From the human T2T-CHM13v2.0 reference genome, Homo sapiens: a stretch of 64,000 nt of DNA. Under the pieces are notes generated by a model. It saw only the letters and a list, made by a program, of their open reading frames with translations, had not been told where the DNA came from and did not search any database. The stretch lies in assembly GCF_009914755.1 (NCBI RefSeq), contig NC_060935.1. One strand, given 5' to 3'. A program made the translations under genes and the position numbers. Shown piece after piece: positions 1 through 13,780 of the stretch. Within the stretch, counting starts at the first letter, position 1. Every line of letters begins with the position of its first letter.

Positions 1-1096
1 GAAAAGTGCATAAAGGATGAAGCTAATATTTTCAGCGATGATCTGTCTTGGAGCCGTTTTCCTTCCTGTTGGTCTATTCTCTCTCCACCTCTTTCATTGC
101 TAGACTCAGTGAATCAATTTCTCAGTGACAACCATGATAAGGCATGCCTACACCTAATAATTCTCACCCAAGTTTGTTTTTAAAATTAAAATGGCCTATT
201 TCCTATTATATCTTTGGGTGATAACGATTAGAATAATTCTTCCACCTGCGTGCATTTTCATATGCACTGATTTTTGTCATGGGAAGAAACAAAGCAGAGG
301 AATGTTTTCTTCCTTGCTGTGATACCTAATTTTGGAAGGTACACTAATTTCAAAATGTTTGATATGGGAAATGGTTGCATATTCCAAAAACACTTAGCAC
401 GACCTTGCTAAATAATGCTCTCTCCTGTGGTTTGGATCAGCATTGTTTTGTTTTCTTTGCATCTTTTGATCTATCTGAACTGTCTTCTGCTTGCAGATAT
501 ATTCATAAAATAGGATTTTGCAAATTGAAGAGTAGGTAAATTACTATTAAAGCGCTGTATTTGTACTCCCTACTCAAATCTTCTGAGACTGAACTTTTTT
601 TTTTTTTTTAAAGGAATCTATGAAAATCTGGCTTTCAGCGAGTCTTATTTTCTTTTTACTGTTTCCTCTTAAGGGTTTTTTAAGTTGGCTGAATTTACTC
701 TACTTACTCATATGTGTTTTAGTAGCTATTGAGCCATTTTATTTAATAGCTTGAATAAACTATTGGTTATTGAATCTTTTTAGAAATACTTATTTCTAAT
801 CCCCTCTCTTTCCTAAAAAGGAGGGAAGAAGAGATATTTTATTATCCAAGAATATGCTATCAATATCCTGGAGCCCACCTATCTAGTTTCCAGTGTGTCA
901 ACTAGCACCAGCTTAGCTAACCAGACTTACAGTGAGTTTGTAATTACATGATTAGGTATGGCATACCCAGTTACTCCTTCTTTTCTCTGCCTACCCCAAG
1001 CCCCATTAGCTCTGTTTTATGACAGAAATTTCAGATTTCTTTGGCTTTTCTGATTCATTTACTGACGAAAGAGACTTTTTCTAGGTTTCAAGAATT

Positions 1097-1541
1097 ATGA
1101 AGAGTCTGAGATTCTACCCTACTTGGAGGTTAACGTATTAGCCTGCCATACTTTCTTATGTTGCTGGACAACTCATGGCACAGCAGGCAGTATGAGCTCG
1201 AAGTTTGCATTGACTCCCCTGCCCCTCAAGTCCCACAGGGGCCACATGGAGACAGGCCTGGGTTGGTGCTGTCCACAGAGTGGGTTTGTGTCCTAGGTGT
1301 AAAAGCTCAAGCTTAGGAGACCCCTATTGTTATTAAGACTGCTAGCAAACCTGGACAACTTTCGCCCCTGAGGGAGAAGTTATCTTTATTCTGGTCAGGA
1401 AACAACTCTGCCCCCCCAGGGAGACACTTTCTGTCTCTCCTAAGGCTGTATGCTATCCAGACATCCATAAAATCGTGTGGACAAGTTGCTGACACAAGAT
1501 GTACAGAAACATGAGATGTCCATGGATGATGGCTTCCCAAA
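1097..1541. mobile_element. Solo LTR, probably ERVL class (family not resolved)
   Basis: Start 'tatgaagagtctgagattctaccctactt...ttagcctgcca' resembles a known LTR terminus; locally GC-richer block of ~445 bp. Confidence 0.5.
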
Positions 1542-1759
1542 GTTAGGTAGTAGCAAAAAGTAGAACTCTGAATTTTTCTGTTTTTGTCGGCTTCTCCCAA
1601 ACGAGAAAAGTTACTTTAAATGATGAACATGAATTCCAGAGAGACACAGATTCCTCCATGTGAAAGCCATTGCTTTTGTTTTGTTTGATAAGACCCTAAA
1701 TTAGTGGGCAGTTAGCTTTTCTGGGGCTAAGTATTCCAAAGTGTGCTTTCTGAGCAATC

Positions 1760-1940
1760 TGTGCTTACTGCTGTTAGAGCACTCAGCATACTGCTGTCAT
1801 ACCTGTTTTTCCCACTATACTGTATACTTTTATGAAGGTAAGGAATATATATTATTCATTTTTGGGTTACCTCTCAGGTTTGCCTGTCATTATAATACAT
1901 TCTTAATAGCTGGCTGTTGAGTGTAATGAGTGAATAAATC
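1760..1940 (+). mobile_element. L2 3' end fragment
   Basis: 'cccactatactgtatacttttatgaaggtaaggaa...ttgagtgtaatgagtgaataaat' matches the degenerate L2 3' tail. Confidence 0.55.
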
Positions 1941-2321
1941 ATTAGAAGCTTTTCCATTCAAATCTGGTTGTTCTTTTATCTTTGCTTATTCAGATTCTTT
2001 ACCCCAATTTGAGAGTGTACCGTCTGGTAGAAAAAGTATCAGGAATATAAAGGATTAGTAAATATTAGTTTTCTGAATGGGTTGATCTTAGATAGAATCC
2101 TGTGTTAGTTTTGAAAAGCTGGGTCAGATGCCGAGTGAGTATCTTGTGTGAAATCATTCCTAAACCTAAATTAATCCACCCGTCATCCCTTTCTTATCAG
2201 ATTGCTTTGATCTCTAGGACCAGTTTTCTTTGTATGGTCCTCTCATATTATCTTAAATTTTAGATTTTAGGGTTTTGTTGTTGTTGTTGTTTGTTTTCGT
2301 GAGAAGTTTTGGCTACCCACC

Positions 2322-4173
2322 TTTTTTTTTTTTTTTTGAAAAAATTTGGGTTTAGTGGTATATGTGCAGATTTGTTATATAGGTAAATTGCATGTCATGG
2401 GGGTTTGGTGTACAGATTATTTCATCACCAGGTGATAAGCATAGTACCTGATAGGTAGTTTTTTGACCCTCACTCACCTTCCTGTCTCTACCCTCAAGTA
2501 GGCCCCTGTGTCTCTTGTTGCCTTCAGATCCATATGAACTCAATGTTTAACTTGCACTTATAAGTGAGAACATGTGGTATTTGGTTTTCTGTTCCTTTGT
2601 TAGTTTGCTTAGGATAATGGCCTTTAGCTCCATCCATGTTGCTACAAAGGACATGATTTCACTATTATTTTTTATGGCTGCATAGTATTCCGTTGTGTGT
2701 ACATACCACATTTTCTTTATCCAGTCTGCCATTGATGAGCATTTAGGTTGATTCCATGTCTTTGCTATTGTGAATAGTGCCACAGTGAACATACGTATAC
2801 ATGTGTCTTTAGGCTAGAATATTTATATTCCTTTGGGTATATACCCAATAATGGGATTGCTGGGTTGAATGGTAATTCTGATTTGAGTTCTTTGAGAAAT
2901 CGCCAAACTGCTTTCCACAGTGGCTGAACTAATTTACATTCCCACCAGCAGTATATAAGTGCTCCCTTTTCACCACAACTTTGCCAGTGTCTGTTATTTT
3001 TTTTTACATTTTAATCTCCATTTTGACTGTGTGAGATGCTATCTTATTGTGGTTTTGATTTGCATTTCTCTAATGATTAGGGATGTTGAGCATTTTTTCA
3101 TATGCTTTTTGGCTATGTATGTCTTTTTTGAAAAGTGTCTGGTCATGTCCTTTGCCCACTTTGTAACGGAGTTGATTTTTGCTTGTCGATTTAAGTTCCT
3201 TATAAATTCTGAATATTAGACATTTGTTGGATGCATGGCTTGTTAATATTTTGGTTATCTGCCAGGGTTTTTATAGTTTCAGGTTTTACATTTAAGTCAT
3301 TAATCTATCTTGAGTTGATTTCTCTTTATGGTGTGAGAAAGGGGGTCCAGTTCAATCTTTTGCATATGGCTAGCCAGTTATCTCAGTACCATTTATTGAA
3401 TAGAGAATCCTTCCCCCATTGGTTGTTTTTGTTGACTTTATCGAAGATCAGATGGTTGTAGGTGTGTGGCCTTATTTTTGGGCTCTCTATTCTGTTCCAT
3501 GAGCCTATGCATCTGTTTTGGTACTAGTACCATGCTGTTTTGGTTACTGTAGCCTTGTAGTATAGTTTGATGTTGGGTGATGATCTGATGCCTCCTACTT
3601 CATTCTTTTTGCTTAGGATTGCCTTGTCTATTTGGGCTATTTTTTTGGTTCCATATGAATTTTAAAGTCATTTTTTTTCTAATTCTGTTAAGAATATTAT
3701 TGGTTGTTAGATAGGAATAGCATTGAATCTGTAAATTGTTTTGGGCAGTATGGCCATTTTAATGTTGATTGTTCCTATCTGTGGGGATAGAATGTTTTTC
3801 CATTTGTTTGTGTCCTCTCTGATCTCTTTGGCCAGTGTTCTGTATTTCTCTTTGGGGAGATCTTCCACCTTCCTGGTTAGCTGTATTCCTAGGTATTTTA
3901 TTTTTGTGGTTGTTTTGGACGGGATTGCATTCTTGATTTGATCCTCAGCTTGGATATTGCTGGTGTATAGGAATGCTGCTAGTTTTTATAGATTGATTTT
4001 TGTATCCTGAAACTTTGTTGAAGTATATCAGATCAAGGAGCTTTTGGACAGAGACTATGGGATTTCCTAGGTGTAGAATCATGTCATCTGCAAACAGGGA
4101 TAGTTTGACTTCCTGTCTTCCTATTTGGGTGCCTTTTATTCTTTCTCTTGACTGATTGCTTTGGCCAGGACTT
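2322..4173 (-). mobile_element. L1PA15/16-like 3' segment (3' UTR + ORF2 3' part) of a 5'-inverted (twin-primed) L1
   Basis: Poly-T at 2322-2338; antisense L1 3' UTR; ORF 2547..2792 'ALFTIAKTWNQPKC' is the ORF2p C-terminus; ends at 'ggccaggacttc'; internal deletion near 3245. Confidence 0.92.
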
Positions 4174-4325
4174 CAAAGAGCTAGAAAGATCTCAAATTAA
4201 TAACCTAGTCATCACAACTAGAAAAACAAAACCAAGAGCAAACCAACCCCAAAGCTAGAAGAAGAAGACAAAAAGTAAAATTAGAGCAGAACTGAAGGAC
4301 ATTGAGACACACAAAAAAACATGCA

Positions 4326-4634
4326 GGCTGGTTGCAGTGTCTCCTGCCTGTAATCTCAGCACTTTGGGAGGCCAAGGTGGGTGGATCGCCTGAGATCGGG
4401 AGTTCAAAACTAGGCTGGCCAAAAGTGGTGAAACCCTGTTTCTACTAAAAATACAAAAATTAGCTGGGTGTGGTGGTGTGTGCCTATAATCTCAGCTACT
4501 CGGGAGACTGAGGCAGGAGAATTGTTTGAATCTGGGAGGTGGAGGTTGCAGTGAGCAGAGATGGCGCCACTGTACCCCAGCCTGGGCAACAAAGTGAGAC
4601 TCTGTCTCAAAAACAAAACAAAACAAAAAAAAAA
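4326..4634 (+). mobile_element. AluS (Sx/Sz-like)
   Basis: Full dimer, 'tactaaaaatacaaaaattagc' linker, A-rich tail. Confidence 0.95.
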
Positions 4635-4981
<347 letters not shown>

Positions 4982-7380
4982 CTAGATTGATAGACTGCTA
5001 GCTAGACTAATAAAAAGGAGAGAAGATACAAATAAACACAATCAGAAATGACAGAACATTACCACTGACCCTACAGAGATACAAAAAACCCTTAGACTGT
5101 TATGTACACCTCTATGCGCACAAACTGGAAAACCTAGAAGAAATGGATAAATTCCTGGAAACATACAACCTCCTGGGATTGAACCAGGAAGAAACTGAAT
5201 CCCTGAAGAGACCAATAATGAGTTCTGAAACTGAATCAGTAATAAAAAGTCTACCAACCAGAAAAAGCCCAGTACCAGACGAATTCACAGCCAAATTCTA
5301 GTAGATGAAGAAAAGTTGTTACCATTCTTACTGAAACTATTCCAAAAAATTGAGGAGAAGGGACCTCCTCCTGAATTCATGAGGCCAGTATCATCCTGAT
5401 ACCAAAAGCTGGTTGAGACACAACAAAAAGAAAACTTCAGGTCAATATCCTTGATGAACATAGATGCAAAAATCCTCAACAATATACTAGCAAACTGAAC
5501 CCAGTGGCACATCCAAAAGCAGATCTGCCACAATCAAGTAGGCTTTATCCCTGGGATACAAGGTTGGTTCAACATATGCAAATCAATAAATGTTATCCAT
5601 CGTATAATCAGAACTAAAAGCAAAAACCACATGATTATCCCAATATATTCAGAAAAGGCTTTCAGTAAAATTTAACATCTCTTCATGTTAAAAACCCTCT
5701 AACTAGGCATTGAAGGAATAAACGTCAAAATAATAAGAGCAAGCTATGAAAAACCCACTACTGACATCATACTGAATGGACAAAAGCTGGACACATTCCC
5801 CTTAAACTGGAATAAGACAAGGATGCCCTCTCTCACCACTTGTATTCAGCATACTAGTGGAAGTTCCACCTTCTTTTAAATATGGTTGGAAAAATTAACT
5901 TATTGTATTGAACTATTAGTAATTTTATTTTAGAGTGAGTTCACCATAGAGATCAGTAAGATCTCAGTGCTGTCCCAGTGCTGTTCCGCACTTAAGTTTT
6001 GGACCTAAGTGTTTATATGGTTTTGAGTAGGGTAAGATAAAGGGTGTGCGTGCTAATTACCATTGCCAGAAGACTTTGCAAGACCTTTTTCTATGGCTGT
6101 GTACTTCTTCAGCTTGAAAATAACCTTGGTAGAGGGAGTGGCAAATGGAAGCAGGTGTCCCATTTTCAGTGCCAGCGCAAGTGCTCCTAAACACACACAT
6201 GCTGCTTGAACCCTTTGTCCCCATAATTGAGAATCTTGGAGAAGCAATATAAAAACTGCCAGGTAATACTTGTGTTCCTTTTGAGACATTTAAATAAATT
6301 TAGTAATCAAAATTATATAGTTATTTTTAACCAGAAATGAAAGTAGGCTTTTTGGCAGGCCTATGTGTTCACATCTGTGCTGGGTTTATATGTTCTTGCC
6401 AACAGTGTACTTAGTGGTATAACAGAGAAAAATGATTCATAAGCTTTTTCAAATTCAGACCTACGACTCATTTATACTTATATTCCCATTAATATCGTTA
6501 GTATGAATGGCTTTATATAGTTTTCTAGGACTCCCTCATTGTAAGTTGAGAGAGAGGGTAGTCTCGTCATAGGAAGCATTTCTTTGATGGTATCCATATA
6601 TTGAGTTGCATACATTGTATGAAATGTAAAGCCTTAGCAGATGCCTAAAAATGGTTATTTAATGAGGCCATTTATGTCCCTCGTTTCTCAGGTTGGAAGA
6701 TTCTGCTGGACTACTTAGAACCCCAACTTTATTCATAGTCTGTTGAGATCTCTGTTAAAAAACAAAAAACAACAATCCACAGCCACTTCAGGGACTCATT
6801 TATTCTTCCAGTGAAAAGTCCATAGTGTACAGACCCCAAAGTCTACTGATGAAATAATTAAAAATACTATTGAGCCTTTATGCAGAGTGGGTTAGCCTGA
6901 GTATTTGGGAGTGTTAGTTGACCTTAAATACCCTCTGCCATGTCCCCTCTTAACCCTCAATAGTTAACCAAGTATTCTTTTACTCACTTATTATGGATAT
7001 ATTACTGTCCCAAATATGAAAAAGTTAGACTTGTCAGCCTTCAATAAACTTACATAGTGACACAGGACATTTATGTGGAAATGTTAAGTGAAATGATACA
7101 AGATAGCAGTGTAAGAAAGACAATGTAAACTATTTACCTGCAGTAATAAAATATTTTTAATTTGGCCTAGAACTTTGAACTTTGGGGCTAGAATCTTGGA
7201 AGATCTTTCTGGAGTAGTGGAGATTTGGTAAGTGTCTAAGGCTGTGTTAGATGTGATAGGTGAAGAAAGAGGGAAAGAGGATATAAGAGCACAGAGTGTG
7301 TTGTGGCCAATCAATTTTGGAAGGGTAGAAGAGCTCTATAGGAAATAGCAAGGGCTAATGAAACAAGTGAAGGAAAATTA

Positions 7381-7637
7381 CTTTTTCCTTCCCCCTTCCC
7401 CCTTCCCCCTTCCCCCTTCCCCCTTCCCCCTTCCCTTCCTTTCCTTCTTCCTCCCCTACCCCTCCCCTTCCCCTTCCTCTTCCCCTTCTCCCTTCTCCTT
7501 CCACTCACTCCCCTTTCTTCCCTTCCTCCCTCCCCTCCCCTCCCCTCCCCTTCCTTCCCTTTCGTTTCCTTCCTTCCTTTCCTTTCCTTCCCTTTCCCTT
7601 TCCCTTCCTTCTTTACCTTCCTTTCCTTCCTTTCCTT
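7381..7637. repeat. ~255-bp polypyrimidine/polypurine tract ((CCCCCTT)n, (CCTT)n) derived from an Alu tail
   Basis: Almost only C/T on the + strand; contiguous with the 3' end of the - strand Alu and inside its TSDs. Confidence 0.95.
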
Positions 7638-7898
<261 letters not shown>

Positions 7899-8257
7899 GG
7901 AAAATTTCTATTTTACGTTTTAATGTTATCCAGTGTTACTACTGTGACCACTTACTTAGTGCCATTTAAATATAAATCTGATGATGACCTTAAGTAAATG
8001 AAAGTTAATACAGATCCATCTTAAAGCATGACTTCTAAAAGTGAGTCTTCCTTTCTATAATTCTCTGAAGTCTTAAATATAAACATTTTAACTAGCTTTA
8101 ATAGTTTGAATTTTTATTGGCAAGATGAAAGTAGATTATTCAGATATTGAAGTCTTCTAGACCTTGAGGACCTGATATGACATAGGGTTAGATATGTTGA
8201 AAATTAGTGCATCATGTTATTCCATTGTTTTTCTTTTAGTGTGTCTTGTTCCTTTTG

Positions 8258-9165
8258 ATAATAGCTTTTTTGAGATGTAATTTCTATCATACAATTTAGT
8301 CATTTAAAGTATGTAATTTAATAGTTTGTAGTATGTTCACAAACTTGTTCAGCCATTACCATGATCAGTATTAGAATGTTTTTTATCACTTCCAAAAAGA
8401 ACTCTACACCCTTTAAGCTATTACCTCATAATCCTCTATTCCTTTCAGACATAAATAACCACTAATCTATTTTCTGTCTGTATAATTTACTTATTCTAGA
8501 CGTAAGTAAATAATGAGGGCTAATGAAACAAGTGAAGGAAATTCACTTGTTTTCTTCCATTTCCTTCAGACATAAGTAAGCACTGGTCTATTTTCTCTAT
8601 ATATAGATTTACTTATTCTGGACATTTCCTAAGGAATGACTTCAAATGGAATCACAGTAAGTGTCTTTTGTAACTGGATTCTTTCACTTAGTATGTTTTT
8701 TTTTTTAAGTGTCATGTTGTTGCATATATCAGTATTGCATTTCTTTTTAGGGCTAAATAATATTCCATTGTATGGATATATCACTTTTGTTTATCCATTC
8801 ATCAGTTAATGGACATTTGGATTGTTTCCATCTTTTTGGCAATTGTGAATAATGCTGCTACAAACATTGATGTACAAATTCCTCAGTGGACATAATTATT
8901 CATTTCTTTTGGGTATATACACCTAGAAGTGTGCAGTTGCTGGGTCAAATGGTAAAACTTGAACTGTATGCCTATATTTTAGAAGAACTATCAGACTGTT
9001 TTCCAAGGTGGCAGCACCATTTTACATTTCCCACCAGCAGTGTATGAGTGTTCCAATTCTTCCACATCCTCACTGTCACTCATTATCTGTCTCTTTGATT
9101 ACAGCCATCTCACTAGATAGGAAATAGTATCTTTATGGTTCTGATTTGCCTTTCCCTGATGATCA
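8258..9165 (-). mobile_element. L1MB-like 3' end
   Basis: 'taatagcttttttgagatgtaattt...', 'ttatccattcatcagttaatggacatttgg', 'ccaccagcagtgtatgag'. Confidence 0.85.
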
Positions 9166-10314
9166 ATAAGGGCCTTATTCTCATGTTGTTTGTGGGTTGT
9201 TGGGTATAGAAAGCATCAGCCTTAAAGATAACAATACCTGTTAGCTTGGTTTGCTATAGAAATGTTTTGGGGGAAGGTAACGCAAGGGGCTATGAGGATA
9301 AGACTTGAATCTTGAAGAAAAGAACTTAGCCAAGAATTGTAGTTATAAGGGCTTTTTAGCAAGGGGATAGTGTAAACAAAGAAAGGCTTGCAGATAGAAA
9401 TGTGTATGTCACATTGTAAGAAGTGACTGGGTAGAATTGAACATGTGTGTAAAGGGGTCTGAACATATATATATAAGAGAATAGCTGAATTTGAATGTGC
9501 ATTGTGCTAGATTAAGAGGCCCAGTATATGAATTTGAGCTTGACAGTAAAAACAGGGATCACTTAAAAAATTATTTTTTGTTTAGTGTGGTTATATATAC
9601 AATAATTTAAGGTAGACTAGTTTGGTCAATATGTAAATTAAGGATAGCAGATAGGTGTCCTACAACATGCTTAACTGATCAGTTGGTAGTGATACCCTGG
9701 AGCTTCTATATTAAAAAGAATGAGACATTCAGTTTGGCTCAGTTGGCCAGAGTGCAGTGATTGATTAATGAGGTCCACTTTTAGCATGGGATGGAAGAGT
9801 TTTGACATGATCATTGCTTATTTTCCATTTCTGTAGGGTAGGCTGAGGTGATAGCAGTGAATGTAAGAAACATGGAGAGAAGAGTTAATGCCTTAGTATT
9901 TTCAGACTACTGATTGTGGGAGCAAAATATGGCTTCTCCCTTGACAGTCCCTTTAATTTCTGTGGAACTTGTTTACTTACCTGTATACTGCTGATTTCTC
10001 TGGCCTAATCCCCATTGTTTTATGCCTCCTATTACTTCCTAGTCTATCCTTTGGATTGTTAAATTAGTGCCCTATCTGATCTTCTTTCTCACATCCATCC
10101 TCCAACATAGTTACTGGAATAGTCTTATTTAAATAAACATTTAACCACTACTATTAATGACCTTCCTCTTGCTGGAAACATTATGACCCTAAAGTTACCG
10201 ATTCATGAAGTTGTTCTTGTTAGTACCATGTTTATCAAACTTTTTATAGATCCTTGTCTTCCTAGGTACAGTATGTCAGATAGAGACAGACACATACATA
10301 TACAGTAGGAGTGA

Positions 10315-10985
10315 AAAAAAAATTGTCTGTGTAGGGGCTTTTGATATGGTAAAATAAGCTAATAGACTGATGTGCGTGCAAAAAATAATTATAAACTTTG
10401 GACACAGTATAAAATCTAAGTACTCTAGAGTGTGAGCAAAACTAAGCAGATTTTAGAAGGGACTTGAAACTTACAAGAAAAAACTGGCACAGGGTGGATT
10501 TTCTGTTTTAGCAGCCTGTCCTAAGGATGGGCCACAGCCACAGGGTGGAAGGCTCCTACAGAAAGTATGCAGTCTTTCTGGTCTGGGGAACACAGAGATA
10601 CGAAGCTAGGGCAATCATGTCTGTCAGAGAATGAGCGGAGACTTCTGAACGAGAGAGAGCGCCAGAGGAGGCTAGCTCCAAATTATTACAGGGGACTTTA
10701 ACTCTCCTTTGTCAGCAAATGATAGAACAATTAGATAAGAAATCAATAGACATTGAGACATTGAAGATCTGGACAACACTGTCAACCATCCTGGCCAAAA
10801 TGTTATTGTAGAGCACCATATCCAACAATTGCAGAATATTCATTCGTTAGTTCACGTGGTATATTCATAATGCACCATATACTGGGTCATGAAATAAGGG
10901 TTGAAGACAGAATGTACTGATTACAACCGAATTAAAATAGAAATCAGTAAGACATCTAGGGAGACCCCAAATATTGGGAAATTAA
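10315..10985 (+). mobile_element. Old L1M fragments (5' region joined to ORF2 endonuclease region)
   Basis: 10680-10985 'ggggactttaactctcctttgtcagcaaatgatagaac...ccaacaattgcagaatattcattc' is L1 EN (GDFN motif). Confidence 0.7.
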
Positions 10986-11048
10986 GGTCTGAAGATAGTG
11001 TTCTTGCTAATTACCTGTTTTTGATCAGCTCTTGTACTCATTTATTTA

Positions 11049-11326
11049 ATTTTTTTTTTAAGAAGTGGAGTCTTGTGCTGTCACTTGGGCTAGAGTACAG
11101 TGGCATGATCATAGCTCACTGCAGCCATGAACTCCTGAGCTCAAGTGATCCTCCTGCCTCAACCTCCCAGGCAGCTGGGACTATAGGTACACACTATCAT
11201 GCCTGCCTAATGTTTTTAAATGTTTTAATTTACTATTTTTAAATTTTAAAACTTTTCTTTTTTTTAATCCTCCTGCCTTGGCCTCCAAAGTGCCAAGATT
11301 ACAGGCATGAGCCACCACGCCTGGCC
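11049..11326 (-). mobile_element. AluJ with internal deletion of the left arm
   Basis: 'atcatagctcactgcagcc...agctcaagtgatcctcc'; ends 'ccacgcctggcc'. Confidence 0.9.
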
Positions 11327-11413
11327 TAAACTCATTTTTAAATACTGGGGCAGTAGAATACAGAGTGGGTTGGATATGAATTACTGACAACCATAAATAT
11401 CTAGACAACCATG

Positions 11414-11414
<1 letters not shown>

Positions 11415-11450
<36 letters not shown>

Positions 11451-11468
11451 ATATATATATTATATATA
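11415..11468. repeat. Compound (CT)n(AT)n microsatellite
   Basis: Directly visible. Confidence 0.95.
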
Positions 11469-11475
11469 GTTTCTT

Positions 11476-11562
11476 GATGATCTCAATCTCCTGACCTCCT
11501 GATCTGCCCGCCTCGGCCTCCCAAGCTGCTGGGATTACAGGCGTGAATCATCGTGCCTGGCC
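11476..11562 (-). mobile_element. Alu left-arm 5' fragment
   Basis: 'ctcctgacctc...gggattacaggcgtga...cctggcc'. Confidence 0.9.
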
Positions 11563-12636
11563 GTATGTCTAGATTTTTGAAGGCATCTCTATTTTTGAAG
11601 GCTAGAGTGGTGATAGAAATAAAAATTCATCATTACGCTCCATGTGTGAAACAGGGATTTGGTTCAGGGTACTATAATTCTCCCAAATAGATGTTTATAC
11701 TGTTATTGATGGAAATGTTTTTCAAGGAGTAGGGTAGTACTAACATTTATTTCACTATTCAAGGTTATTAGCTTACTGACAAGATGGTATGTTTTATCAG
11801 GTCTAAATTTAAAGTTCTTTTGATACTTAAAGGTCAAGGAGCTGATCGTTTTTTGTTACACTTAAAGAAATCATATAACTTTCCTATTAAACACTTCCCT
11901 TAATTGCTTGGCTTTCTCTACTGACGCTTCTTAGAGGTGTCATTGCTGTGAGTTTTTCTGTAAATGTCAATAAATATAGCATCTGTAAGACAGAAGTTGG
12001 ATGAATCACATTTAATGTGTAAAATTTGTCAATGAAGTTGAGTAATTTGTCGTGAAAGAAGTCATATCAAAATTAAGTATTTAATGATCATTTAAAGCGT
12101 GCAGAATTTTAACTAGCTGTTTATTTTGATTTAAGTAGAATTATTTGCAAACATTATTAAAATGGCCATTTATCGTCTTGTTGCAAAGCTTTTAAGAAAC
12201 TTAGGTAAAACAAGTGTTTATAGCTGTATTTTACTGAAATTTTACATGTAATTTTTTGGCACTTCTAGTATGATGAGCAATACTATAAGTACTCTGTAAA
12301 AATGATTTTTGTCTTGGGCTTGTAATTTCCTTTTCTAAGGAAGAAAATGATTAGAATCAAGTATGATCAAAGCTAAAATTAAATTGCAAAATCTGTATAA
12401 AGTACAGCTGTTGCTTTGAATGTTGTGGTTGTCCTTTGAGCTGGTGCTGCAAGGAAAAAAATGAATGTTACAGTTAATGGAAATGAGAAGCCATTTTAAG
12501 ATTCTGTTATAAAAGATTTCATTTGAGAAACTGGTTGTTGGAGAGTGTCATTGTTTTCTTCTTTGGGAAACAATCAGGAAAGCTAACCTCAAAGGTTTTT
12601 TATTTTAGTATGTTTAGCAGTTAGTGATGCTATAGT

Positions 12637-13075
12637 ACCCACTACCAGCTTATTTAGTACTAAATAGGCAGGTGTGATTTAAACTGAAAGACAGTTATAT
12701 AGTTGACTTAAACTGAAGATTCACTTGCCAAATGTCATAATAGGAAGATAATGGGAAATATGAATCTTAAGTTATCTTCTAACTAGTTATTAGGTTATTG
12801 AACTACTCACACAATTATGCTGTAAATCAATTTCCCTTTTGTACAGAAGTTCCCCCAACTCTCTTTCACTCTCACCCTCTTCCTCTTGTCACAGACCCCC
12901 TTCAGCAGTCTGATAATGTCTATGGGGCCCTTCTTAGAGTAATGTTTCTAATGTGTAATATATACATTGGATTAGTTGGTACCACATTTATAGACTTCTC
13001 CCACCTGACTTTAATATATTAACTGCAGATTAAGAGGTTTTGTTATGGTACGAATTGAATTAGATAGACTTTTCT
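12637..13075 (+). repeat. Left arm of long local inverted duplication
   Basis: Aligns to the reverse complement of 13781-14239 along its full length, ~89% identity by manual count. Confidence 0.97.
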
Positions 13076-13124
13076 TATATATATGAATTTCATATATATT
13101 TTATATCTATATTGTATATTTAAC

Positions 13125-13285
13125 TTTTTTCTTTTTTTTTGAGACAGGGTCTCACTGTTACCTAGGCTAGAGTACAGTGGCACAGTTATAGCTCACTGAA
13201 GCCTCAAACTCCTGGGCTCAAGTGGTCCTTCCACTTCAGCCTCCTGAGTAGCTAGAACTAAATACATGTGCATCACCACACCTGG

Positions 13286-13328
<43 letters not shown>

Positions 13329-13441
13329 GATGGGCTTTCACTATGTTGCCCATGCTAGTCTCCAACTGCTGGCTTCAAGCGACCCTCCTGCCTTGGCCTC
13401 CCAAAATGCTGGGATTAGAGCATAAGCCTCAACTCCTGGCC
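13125..13441 (-). mobile_element. AluJ with middle A-tract expanded to 36 nt (T at 13290-13325)
   Basis: 'tcctgggctcaagtggtcc', 'ctatgttgcccatgct'; lies in the inverted-repeat spacer. Confidence 0.93.
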
Positions 13442-13780
13442 CCTAATTATGTTTTAAATTTCCATAAAATAGAGTACTTTTTATTTTGTTGCTTTTTATT
13501 CCTAGTATCTCTAGCATTGTATTTTGATCAGATAGATGCTCAGAAGAGTTTAACATATTCACTGTCTGGTATAAATGTCTCAAAATTTATAAGTAAATAT
13601 GTAAGTAAACCTATCACAGGCCATGTACTTTAACATAAAAAATTCAGGGTTTGGGGATAGTGTAGGTATAGGTATCTAAAGAATCACAATAAGTTATAAA
13701 GCAAATAATTTTTACTTTATTTACAAGATTTTGTTATAATCAAATGAAACTTTCCATGAGTTTGGAATCAAAGACTAATT

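Noticed and set aside
9729-9778. tRNA-like 'ggctcagttggccagagtgc' (A-box)
   Set aside because: No T-arm/B-box or cloverleaf; at most a decayed tRNA-derived SINE head
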